In this document: positions 52,461-64,000 of the stretch, in pieces | Layout of the letters: each line of letters starts with the position of its first letter | Position numbering within the stretch: the first letter of the stretch is position 1 | Program-made: the position numbers and the translations under genes | DNA from: Tubiluchus corallicola | Lineage: Eukaryota; Animalia; Priapulida | Reading direction: 5' to 3' | Length of the DNA: 64,000 nt | Assembly: GCA_030141605.1 (NCBI GenBank) | Contig: JAQGDQ010000153.1 | Location: 372,001 to 436,000 of the forward strand | The notes under the pieces: generated by a model | The model's input: only the letters and a program-made list of their open reading frames with translations | What the model was told of the DNA's origin: nothing | Database searches by the model: none

Positions 52461-54990
52461 TAGCCCTACTCCTAAAATGGCAAGAAAACGTTTCTTGATG
52501 TTTTCTTGTAGCACTTGGCCCAGAGAATAACGTATCCAAATTAGGCCGAAATTTGAGCACTGCAAAAGGCCTAATTATGATGTAAAAAAGATGTCCGTCA
52601 TTTGATCAAAATGAATGGGCATTTAGTCTATTATGATTTTGAAAAAATGATCATTTTGATTCAAAAATATGAAACTTTGCACAGTGCTAGAACTCATTAA
52701 GGTGATTAATAAATCGAAATTCGTCCAATATGACCACAATTTTCAAGATGGTTGACAATATAGGTTCAGCAGCTGTAGGAAATTGACGCTTTTCAATGAC
52801 TGTAGGAAATTACTGGCAGCTAAACAACCTGACAGGATATCCAATGATGATCTGTATAATGCGGTCGAGAAGAATTGTTGGAGTAAACAAATACAAGCAA
52901 GACGACTGCAATTGGATTGGGCATAAACTAAGATTACCTCAAGAGTCTCCTCTTCCTGTAGCAATATGTAAAGCTCTTGAAACGACAAAAAAGTCAGCTA
53001 ATGACGTATATAAATATACTGCCAAAAATATTTAGCAAATACAATTCTAGATTTGAAGGATGATGCGTCGTTAGCGATGGCAGCGGACAGGAATACATGT
53101 CATCAACAGCAGGGACGTGCCATGTTTTTTTGGAACGTAGCAGCACCGAAACGACCGAAACAACATAGATGTTACAATCTTATAATACTATATCTTAGCT
53201 ATCTGAGCATGCAGGGTAATGATTTTGGTGTCTAAATATAGGTTTTCAAGGTCAAGGAATTCGTATATGATGTTTAAATGGCCTTATAATATCACCTTAT
53301 TTCAAGATGGCGGCTAAGATGGTTGCAAATGTTGCATAAAATGACAGAATTGCTCATTTTACCTTAAAAATACGAAACTTTGCACAATGCTAAAATTGAT
53401 CAAATATGGTCAAAACATGGCCATATTCAAGATGGTGTCGACAAGATGGCTGTTGCCGGCTTATAAGTATCTTTTAGGAATTGTGAACAAAGTCTACCTG
53501 TTTTGTCAACAAACGTGCACTGTCACAACGTAGCAAGGTTATATTTAAATGCTGGTGTGGTTTCTCGCAAGAATATTACATGTACAGTATTAAAAATGTG
53601 TTAGGTACACTGCTACACTCTGCTTAATGTGTGGAACAGTCGAATGCCTTAAGTGTATAGCAATTCCTGAAATTTCGAATGCTGTAGGCCATGAAAAGGA
53701 TCAGTTCTATCAGCTTTTGCTGGTTGTCAGATCTGTTTTAAAATAAAATGAATAAATAGGTTTTAGTAAATATGTAATTATTATTATAAACAATAATAGA
53801 TAGGTTTTAATGATAACATTACTTCTAAACTCACATTCTAAAACCACTACTTCTAAAATCACATAATATTTACATGGTACAAACAACACTTGTTTGGGCA
53901 CATTTACATCTGCCACAGCACCATTTCGCTTACTGGTTACAACATTTAATAAGTTGTTAACAGTCTTTTGATTTTTAGAATGCAAAATGTACTGTGATTT
54001 CCTTGTCAGCCCAGTAAAGCTTTTCCAGCCTGAGCCAAATGGTGATAGTAAAGTTTATGGCAGGGATCGGTGCCTAGTTCCAACAACTCTCCTTGATGCG
54101 CAACCTGACAGAAATGATTCATTTCAGTTCTGCAATCGCAAGTTCAGTTCAGTACGGCATTCGCAATTTCATGAAAAGCTATATGTCTAAGGTATATGCC
54201 TGTTCCAGACATTAAGCAGAGTGTGGCAATGTACTTAACGCATTATATAATACTATACATATAATATTCATTCGAGAAATCACACCAGCATTTAAACGTA
54301 ACCTTGCCACGTTGTGACAGTACGTGAACGTTAGTTGACAAAACAAGTAGACTTTGTTCACAATTCCCAAAAGATATGGCACTTATGAGCTGGCAACAGC
54401 CATCTTATGGGCCAACTTGAATGTTGTGGCCATATCGGATAACTTTCAATTGGCTCCATATCCAAAATTCGTCAACCGGATGGATTTTAGCATTGTGCAA
54501 AGTTTCGTATTTTTAAGGCAAAATTAGCAAGTCTCTTAGCCGCCATCATGAAATTTGGTGATATTATGTATTATATGGGCATTATATGATTTCCTTGACC
54601 ATGAGCACCTTGAAAACCTGTATTTAGACACCAAAATCATTACTCTACTAAAATATAGCCCTTATAAGCTTGTAACAGCGATATTGTTAACGATCTTGAA
54701 AATTGTGGTCACATTGAACGAATATCGATTGTCTCCATAATCAAAATTAATCACCTTAATGAGTTCTAGCACTGCGCAAAGTTTCATGCTTTTGAATCAA
54801 AGTGACCATTTTTTCAAAATCCTTGTAGACCAAATACCCATTCATTTTGGTCAAATGGCGGCCATCTTTTTTACCTCATAATTAGGCCCTTTGCAGTGCT
54901 TAATTTTCGGCCTAATTTGGATACGCTATTCTCCGACCAAGTACTACAAGAAAATACCAAAAAATGTTTTCTTGCTATTTTTAGCGGAAA
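52461..54990 (-). mobile_element. Non-autonomous Academ(X)-like DNA transposon with ~0.9 kb terminal inverted repeats
   Basis: Left arm (52461-52765 plus 53180-53690) is the diverged reverse complement of the right arm (54155-54990). Left end is TAGCCCTAC. The core (53860-54110, minus strand) encodes decayed CWN*APIP..LLSPFGSGWK..QLIKCC..CCGRCKCAQTSVVCT..LC, a Cys-rich C-terminal zinc finger. Exact termini and TSD unresolved. Confidence 0.72.
52770..53170 (+). mobile_element. RTE-like LINE 3' fragment nested in the transposon left arm
   Basis: Present in the left arm but absent from the right arm; translates to NDDLYN..SKQIQARRL / WIGHKLRLPQESP. Confidence 0.55.
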
Positions 54991-57102
54991 GTCAACCTAC
55001 TATGATGCTATGCTAGTTATAAACAAAAGACATCATCAGTAGATTAGATTTGAATTGTTAATAATAACTGTAACTTACGAGAGGTAATTAGTGATTATTG
55101 ATATCGTCGTTTAAATGTATATTGATTCTTAAGCGAAATAATCAAGTCAGTTACATTTTAGGCGATTTACATGGAAAGCCAATTTACTATACATACTAAA
55201 CATAGAGTATTTTGGTAGCAGTAAAAACAAGTTTCAAAAGACGTTCTGCAGGCCATAAAATAACAAAAAGGGAATAAAAAGAAACTTATTGTTGTACTTT
55301 ACTTAACTTTCGCTTGGTTTTCAATGTGCACAGTTGCGCATATAAACTCGGCGAAATAAGAAATATTTCGCTGTTTTGTTTTAATATAATGCAAGTTAAA
55401 AGTGCAGCACAAAATTTTATGTCTTTGATGCATACGCTGCTTGATGCTTTGCTTTTGAAAAATTTTGCTTTCATTTTGGGCTTTTGTAAAGAGAAAATGC
55501 TTTTGACTGGAAAATAATTAAAAACGGTGTCACACGATAATCTAATAAACTGGTGTAAGGTGAACCAGAGACTTGTCTTTGTTGTAAAACTACAATAATA
55601 ACAATCTGTTTTCGAATTAAATAATAATCAGACGGTGATTTGAGCTTGGTAATTATTAAAGTCATAAATTAATGAGAAATTGTTCTGATGCAGAAATGAT
55701 TGTTTTGTGTCTTTTTAGCTGTGACTTTGATTGAAACCAGCACATTTACAACCATCTTAGTGTATTTGTATAATAATTAGTCTAACCGGTCCTACTTTTT
55801 TAGACAAAATTTGATTGATACTTATTTGGGCCATTTCTTGAGTGCGTGACTATTGCGCTAAACGATTGTTTTTTTTCTCTGACCTAAACTCTAACAATGT
55901 AATTAAAAATTTTGAATTTTATTCTGGAGTTGGATGTTCGGATGTTTTTGTGGTCTGGTTTTGAATTAAATCTACAGATTTTTCGTGATAAAAACACAAT
56001 TCACGACAACACCAGTTTTCTCTGTTGGTACCAAAAATTTGAAGTTGCAGTAAAATGACTAAATGGGAAAATTTTCTGAAGACACACGTGGCAAAACCAT
56101 TCATCGGTTTCTGCGGTCAAAGCTTCGTATCATTTACAGTTAAATAAGTGCATTTCAGATGAAGCCACAACACAACACAATCCACGCTGTTTATACCTCA
56201 TGGTTTTATTACACACAGGACAAATGCGGTTAGTTTGAAATGTGGTCATCGCATAAGAGCAGCAAAAGATAAATCAAGAGGAAAAGAATCAAGCAAAGGA
56301 AAAAATAAAAACAGTAAAAAGAAAAATAGAGTAGTTGTAATGTGTTTATACGAGCACGGCAACAAGACGTCACGCCATTTGTCACCCATTGGCTGGTGGC
56401 CATTTGTCTTTCAGTGTGAATTCTAGTGTGTATCTAGTGTATTTTTAACATGCAAAAACTGTTCTGCCAAAACTTAAAAACCGCTGAAGCTATAAGCGTG
56501 TAACTTTCCCAACCAAAAGTGAATGTATTGTAATATCGCACTGTAGAAATTCAACTTATGAACTTGCTGCTAATATTATTGTAGTCTAAACTTCGGACAA
56601 TAATTCCTCTGACGATCCCGTCTCTAACGATAGAACAAAATCATCATCATAATAATGTAACAACATCAAAAAAGCACCTCACAATTACTTTAATTATAAA
56701 CAACAGTTAATATTAGCCGTCATTAGCACAAAGTCAAAATGCAAGATTCTACTAAGCATAAATGCATAATCCCTACAAAAAATAAAAAAAAATAACGATA
56801 TACTACCACGCTCCACCCATGCAGCATGCAATCATACAAACAACGTAATCAGACAACTGTGTTATATAATAATCATCACATGCACTGACACTCACACTTA
56901 CATATAATCTCTTAACAACAAAATCAATCACCTACAAAAAACATATAAAATTACAGCTTACAAGATAATAAGCATGCACGCACTAATTGGTAATCACCTA
57001 ATTAGCAACAATTAATAGGTTTTACTCCCAAGCTTAACTCAATTGCTGCTTTGCACCTTTACATTCTCTTTTCTACTCTAGATTACTGAAACTTATTACC
57101 TC

Positions 57103-57197
57103 CAACACACACATATATGCATATGTATATATATGCATATATGTGTGTGTATAAGTATGTGTACGTATGTGTGTATGTAAGTATACACACACACGCA

Positions 57198-57252
<55 letters not shown>

Positions 57253-57283
57253 ACACATACTTATACACACACAGATATATATA
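57103..57283. repeat. Compound (TA)/(CA)/(CGCA) microsatellite
   Basis: Directly visible; abuts the truncation point of the CR1/L2 element. Confidence 0.9.
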
Positions 57284-57289
57284 AATTGA

Positions 57290-59700
57290 TTAAGAAAAAT
57301 AGTTTGACTATTTTCGTCTTTGAGATATGAATAGAAAGGTTGAACAGCAGGTGGAAAATTTTTGCACATATTGTTCCCAACAGATTGAAAGAAAGTATTA
57401 AGAGCATTGGCTGTGCTAACATGGTTAGTTTCTGTCTGTCCGTGTTATTAGAGGAGCGATTCTAGTTGTAAGTAAATCATGCAGCTCGGCTAAAAAGTTT
57501 GCTTGTTAAAATTATTGGTGTCCCTTTTGAGTTTTTTAGAATTATTTTTTTGGATGTTGGCAGACTTAGAGATCATAAAAATAGGAAAGTGATCTGCCAC
57601 TTCTGCTATTATCACTCCTGATATTAGTGTGCGTTGCGGGCAATTAGTGTATATGTGATCGATGAGTGTTTGCGAATGGTAATGATTGGGGTAAGTCTAG
57701 AAGAGATAATCATATTTAAGTAGTCAGAAATACAATGTTTTTCATAATGTTGCAGAAAATTTATATTTATGTCTCCGCAGATGTAAGCAGAATGTCCAGT
57801 AGCGTTTAGTTTTGTAAGAATGAGTTCCATTTCTTCATGAAAATGCGTAGCAGTGACTTGGATGTCTATGTATCGTTGTTTTGATGTCTACCTAGAGATC
57901 TTCGCATTGAATTGTACTGGTTATGTTTGGCAAGGCGTCCCTATTAACTTTTTTTTACAATTTATAGAAAAATCTTGAATAACCGTAATCTAAATTTTTT
58001 CTAATATCCATTGCAACACCACCTGCTTTTGTTGGGGAGAATTTTTGGATATCAAGTTGTAATCTTGAATATTGCATAAAAAGGGAGTTTGATCATTATG
58101 CCGTGTTTCTGACACGGCTATTGCATCAGGAGGGTACACAAAGTGATTAATCACTTCTTGCATGTTGTCAAAGTTTTTAGTTAAACTATTTAAATTAAAG
58201 TGAACTAAGAAAAAATCATTGGAATTTGTGACCAGTTTCTTTCATTAGGTATAGAAAAAAGCTTTTAGTACTTACTGGTACAGTGTGCTATGTAGTTGTC
58301 AGGATCTTAAAGGTCGTGTTTGTCAGGCAGAAACAGTGAATTTATATTAGTTAAGGGAGTGCAATCATGCGTGCAGAAAATTCCAAAATCTCTCTGTTCT
58401 CGCATTGCTGAAAAGGGAAAACATTATTTAAGCATGGAGTACAGTAGTATGGAGTATCACCATTGGCTAAGATGTAAAATTGTTGTAATGTAAATGTGGT
58501 GCACTTCAAATGGCACCAATTAAAACAAAGCTCACACAAAATACTATTTTGTCTTTCTTTATAATTGTGTGTACAAACTGAACAAGGAAACATTGCCATA
58601 ATCAATAAAAAGAGTTAACAATACAAATTTAGTTTTAGAAACCTGTTAAGTCCTCTTATTTCTGTATCTCAGTAATTCGACTATTGTCGTTTGCTCTTAG
58701 AAAAACCTTGCCATTCTAGGTCCAACAGTATTTCATTCCATGCTCTTTTGCGTATTCTCGACATCTTAGGTGAAGTTTTCTTCTTCTCACAGTCAACGAT
58801 TCATTTATAAAAATCTGGTGTTCACTGTAAGATGTATAGTCCAGTTCGGTTTCTAGCATTATAGAGTTCATCCCTTTTATCCCTACGAGTGAACTAGACA
58901 ATAATGCCTGGTGGTTGCTTATTTTTCCTCGATACGGCTAATCTGTGTGATGTACTTATATCATGAGGACGTAGATGAACTCTTGCATGTTTTGCCACAC
59001 TCAGAACGATGTCATTTGTGTTCTCTCCATTATTTACAGGAATGCCGGCAATTTCTAAGTTGCCCCTTCGTTCACATTGTTCTTGTTTGTCAAGTAGGTC
59101 CTCTGTATACTCTTATTTTCGTCTTCAATGTGCCAATTGTTTTATTTTCGTCTTTCAAGTTATTCACTTCTCTCTGTTCATTTTCTAATTGTGTTTTAAA
59201 CTGATCAAACTGATCAGAAATGAACTGCTGAGATTTTGCCAAGTGACTCACTTCTGTAACTAAGTCATCTATTTTGGTTACCTTGCCACTGATAAATATC
59301 AATTGACTTTGTAAACCACGAACTACTTTTAGAATTTCCTCTGTGGACAGTCCATTGTAAGTTGGTGGTACATATGTGGTAGACACTGTAGCCTGTAGGG
59401 AAAACATGTGCTGATACAGCAGGGTTTGCGATTACGATCCATGTAGGCAACTGGCGCTAGCCCATGAGTGGAGGTAAGACGTTCTCCATAGTGTTAAAAA
59501 CTCGCTGAGGAGTTGCTTGATGTGTTACTGCTTCGCAGGTTGGTATGTGTACTTGCTTTTCAGTATAAATTTCAGAGTTACTTGGACTTGTCAGCAAAGG
59601 ATCTGGGCTAGTGAAGGCAATCGTGCTAGCAGCCATGTTGTTAGCATAGTTCACAGATGTACCTGAACAATAGTCAGATGGAATTTACGATTGTGGAACA
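57290..59700 (-). mobile_element. CR1/L2-group LINE, 5' part (ORF1, PHD finger, endonuclease), decayed
   Basis: ORF1-type coiled coil (KSQQFISDQFDQFK..) followed by RRGNLEIAGIP and IFINESLT..RRKL..KYCWT*NGKVFLR. PHD finger CSVC..SILCELCFNWCHLKC..YYCTPC (58351-58605). APE endonuclease motifs IAVSET, YICGDININ, ADHFPIF. Multiple stops and frameshifts. The 5' end may extend to ~60360. Confidence 0.85.
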
Positions 59701-62244
59701 GCACTGACGCTTGTAGTGCCAATATATTAATACGTGTATGTTGCATACTGTAACATTATGAACATAATATGCCCATATTAGGCATTAAGTAATCATCGTT
59801 ACCTGAATAAAACAATTAAATCCACATCATTACTGCAACGAATCAGTCTAATTTAGCTGACAAATAACATAGTAACATATGAGCATTGTAACACTTCTCA
59901 CGTGACATGCTGCATACAAGGCGAGGTCTCCTCCAGCACTTGGGTAGGACCGGTCCTTCCTCACGCACGTTGTGGTAATGCAGCAGAATTCGGTTTACAC
60001 AGCTTTCCCTCCAACAGGCCGGACACGTAGTAGAGTCTCTGGAGATCGGATAATGAGAAGATCATCTCCTCAGAGTACCCACGCAGAACGGAAGCGATTT
60101 AGATCGTCGAACGTGAAGTCAAAGGTGACAATATCTTTATCCAACGAGAAGGTGATTAGGCTATCTAATGAATGCCTAATTTAACAAATGTCTCTCAGCG
60201 ATTGTGTAACTGACGAGGTTTCACCAGCAGAAGAAGAACAGCGTTCACCAATGAATAGGAAGAACATAGTAATGAACAAACCATCCATTTCTTGTTCAAT
60301 CATCGTAAAAGAAACCATGATATAGTTATATCTGAGCATTTTTCAACACGGCCATTCTACTCTCTCTGCCACGTAGGCCAATACGTCTAATCCAGGCCTC
60401 GAAAGCTAGCCGACCAATCAGAAACGAGTTCTGGGTGAAGTGACCTCAGTAGTACAGCGACGAAGCTTTCACACTTGTTCAAACACGGGGATAATATTAT
60501 CATGGAAAAGAAATGTTGCTAAACGTACTTTCGCTTAAAAAATACAAGTCATGTTGAAACGAAACGAATTTCATCTTCTTATGCCTAATTACATATTTAA
60601 AGTAGCTTAACAGAAAAATGGCTTCATTTAATGGTAACTTCATCGAAAATAATGCTACTCTTGACTAAAGAAGGCAGCACAAGATTGGAACATAAAAATC
60701 AATACATCAATATTATCAATCATTAAGTAAACAATTCGTGATACCGTTGAGATTAATACTTAAAGTGAAAAATAATTAGTTGCAGTAATCTGCTGGATGG
60801 GGGACCATCACACAAACCATGACTACTGACAGCGGTGTCCGCCATTTCGGAAGTACGTGTTGATAATCAACTTGACTGCCTTTGAAAGACTGGAATTTGA
60901 GTTATTTTGCTTATACTTTCCCCTACGAAGTTCAATAAACCCTTTACGTGAAAGTGTGTCGTATCCACTGTCTCATAAAACGTATTTAGAAACAACTAAA
61001 TATCAATATTTTAAATCTTAGGCAGCTATTCGAAAAACGTGTAACATCGCCACTGCCGTGGCGCCATTTATAGTTCATTACATTTTGAGGCTCATAAATA
61101 TGCCTTGTTTAAACTTAAATATTTTAGCCTATCGGGCTTTCTTTTCCAATTTTCTATGAGGTTCTTTCAAATATCGCTTATTAAAATTTAATTATAAAAT
61201 TAAAAATGGTCTTGTACAGTCGAAATGAAATGATAATGCTACTTGATTGCACAATACAACTATTATACAACAATACAACCATTTTAACTATCATTAGTTT
61301 CTCCTGGACGAAACTTCGAAACTCCAAAGCTGCTTTCGCCAAACATGAATATGGCGGTCTGCAGCGTGTCGAGTGTCCAGTCCCCTTACATTTACAGCAC
61401 CTTGGTCCTTCTTCTAACTCTATGGTTCAAACTTTTATTTTCGATTAGTTGAGTCTGTTGATCAGCCGGTCGTAACAGATGTACGATCGTTGCTAGATAG
61501 AGTAGACATCTGGAGTCGTGTAGAGAAAAGGCATCGGATGTTTATTATTATTTTTTATTTTGAAAAACGGTATAAGTATGCTTTGAAGTTAATGAAGCTG
61601 TGTGTAAAAACGTAAGTGATACCGGTTCCACTTGGCATTTGTTCTACCACAGTTACGGTGACTGTGCATACTAGCATAAATCATGGTAAGTTATCCTCCC
61701 AGTACTCAGTAGACGTTATTGCACGCTAAAGGAACATTAGGGGTGGCTGACTCGATAACTTACGTTCATTCGCCACCCCTTCACCTATACATTATAATGG
61801 AAATTAATATTATTATATTATGTTTTGTTTCAATTGTTTGACAGTAATGTACTAATAGTAGCCCCCTAATATTTTTTTACTGACAGGTGAAAAATAAACG
61901 TATTTTAATTTTCTAATCTAAAGGAAAACGGCGAATTTTTAGACCATACCTTTGACATAGTAAATAAATAAGCTCACTATTTATAATTAAGATAAGTAAC
62001 AAAAAAGTTATAATTTTATACAACTTTCAATGGCATTAGAAAAGTCCACAAGTAGTTACTGAATTTAGTAGTGAGTGCACAGATAGTTATTGAATTGGCG
62101 GTGAAAAGGTGGCAAAAGAACTCAGTTATGAAAGCCAGCCATTAGGGACCGAATTTATGTACAGTTTTTTGCCAAACCAAATTTGAACCGAATTTCACAA
62201 AATTTTATTTAACCGAAACCTATTAGCTTCCAAAGTACTTCATG

Positions 62245-63200
62245 ACTTTTTTTCTTAATTTACATCAATGATTTGGCACACTGTTCTGATTTCCCCGTCC
62301 GGTTATTTGCAGATGATACGAACCTATTCTTACATGGTACTAATCTTAGCCAGCTTCATCTCAAGACTAACAATGAACTAGACAAGATAGATACATGGAT
62401 GAGGGCTAATAAGTTAACAATAAACTATGAAAAAACAAAATATATGCTTATTTCTAGCCAAGCCTTTGATGCATGTAATACTTTTAAACTGTTTATGGGG
62501 GATCATGAATTAATTGCAGCCGATAATATAAAATACTTAGGTTTGTACATTGATAATACATTGTCATGGAAAACTCAAATTAAATCAGTCACGTATAAAC
62601 TTAATAAGCTCATTGGTCTTTTTGCTAAAGTGCACAATTTCTTAGGCACCTTCATCTTACGAATGCTTTACTACTCACTTGCATATCCTTATCTCCAGTA
62701 TTGTATCCTGTGCTTTGGTACTGCAAAAACATCTGTCCTAAAACCACTCATTACAGCCCAGAATAAGATAGTGAAAATTATTACATTTAGCCCATATCAT
62801 GCTTATGCTACAACCTCTTTGGTAAAACTTAAACTGTTAAAACTTAATGAAATTTGCCAGTTAGAGCTGGCTAAATTCATGTATCAGTTTGTAAATAAGA
62901 ACTTACCTGAACTATTCTCTAACTATTTTACTACCATATCTGAAATCCATAACTACGAACCTAGATCTGCCACTCATGGTCTATATTTTATGCCCAGATT
63001 CTGTACCACTCATAGATTAAGTACTATCAAATATCAAGCTGTTAAATTCTGGAATTGTTTGAACAGTAATAGTAAAGATTCTAACAGTATCTATATTTTG
63101 ATCTCTAAACAATTGCTATTATCTTACGCTGATTAATGTTAAGCTCTTACTCGACTATATTCTATTTTCTTTACCTAACTTAATAATCCTAACTACATTA
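62245..63200 (+). mobile_element. CR1/L2-group LINE 3' fragment (RT C-terminal half)
   Basis: ORF 62273-63136 contains LFADDTNLF, KLTINYEKTKYM, KYLGLYIDNTLSWK, YYSLAYPYLQYC; FLIYINDL lies just upstream. 5'-truncated. Confidence 0.9.
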
Positions 63201-64000
63201 ATATTCATAAAACTGAAAATACTACAGCATGGCATGAATCTGCGGCTCAGAAAATGTACTCTAATACTCAATTAAATTTTTTTTCTCAATTATTGAATAA
63301 TGAGCTACTGATTCGTACTTTGAATGCTGTTACTTTACAAATTAGTTAATCCACAGGCCATTACAGATGTTATCCTAAATATCAGGAAATACTCTGTCTT
63401 TCTTCTCTTCTTTACAACAGAGTAATTATTAAAGTCATACCGCAATACTATTTTATGGGTAAAGTTTCAGGTGTTGTTCACAGATTGCACAAGTCATACC
63501 TCTCTCTTGTAAAATTACTAAAAAACCTGTATAGCTAAATGTTTTTCTCATCAGTATATTGAGAATTATATTATTTAGTATTATTGTCCAAGTCAGTAGA
63601 TTTGTTCTTAACCAATAAGCCTAGAAATAATGAAGTTGAACTCAAATCAAAATGTATTTAACTCCTGTTGTTGATTAATTGCTTTATTAACCCAAAGAGT
63701 TTTTACCATTTCATTACACAATTTTGACCTGTATTTCACATAAAATCTAGATGCTTTTTTTAGTTTAATCAAGATTGACCTTATTTTGTTGCCCGCTAAT
63801 TAAAGTACATGTATTTTCTTTACTCTGGATTACTTAATTATATAGCAAATGTCATAATTGTAAAATTATTAATGTTTCCTAAATTAAACTGATAACATTA
63901 ATGCCCACCAGTGTCTAAAAATCATTTTATCTATATTCGCTAAACGATAGCAGACTAGGTGACTTTATAGTCTTTTCGCTATTCTTTCTCTAGTTCTAGA

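Noticed and set aside
58351-58605. Stand-alone PHD-finger gene
   Set aside because: It sits between LINE ORF1 and endonuclease remnants, so it is part of the retroelement.
63350-64000. Possible further LINE endonuclease remnants (VDLFLTNKP); similar hints at 20480-21000 and 44480-44870
   Set aside because: Too decayed to assign boundaries or family by eye.

Overview
AT-rich animal (probably invertebrate) genomic DNA. It holds three spliced protein-coding genes, all on the + strand, which I rebuilt by hand from GT-AG junctions and consistent exon phases. (1) A GABA-B-family class C GPCR: 17 exons visible at 2336-21143, about 727 aa, with its signal-peptide exon apparently outside the window. 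It pairs a GB1-like Venus flytrap lacking several GABA-binding residues with a GB2-like 7TM domain and a short coiled-coil tail. (2) A secreted EGF/cbEGF/Sushi/HYR mosaic protein resembling SVEP1/polydom (23078-36413, about 979 aa), with one apparent frameshift at an A8 run. (3) A divergent Q50 PRD-class (aristaless-like) homeobox gene (43188-52308, 237 aa). Its first coding exon holds three 13-aa repeats resembling the homeodomain N-terminal arm, and its C-terminus holds a degenerate OAR motif. Introns and intergenic DNA carry two non-autonomous Academ-like DNA transposons, one forming a ~2.5 kb inverted repeat just behind the homeobox gene. They also carry many decayed LINEs (CR1/L2, RTE), tRNA-derived SINEs, microsatellites, a decayed copy of a GPCR exon and a near-perfect hairpin. 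Family assignments come from recalled motifs, not database searches.
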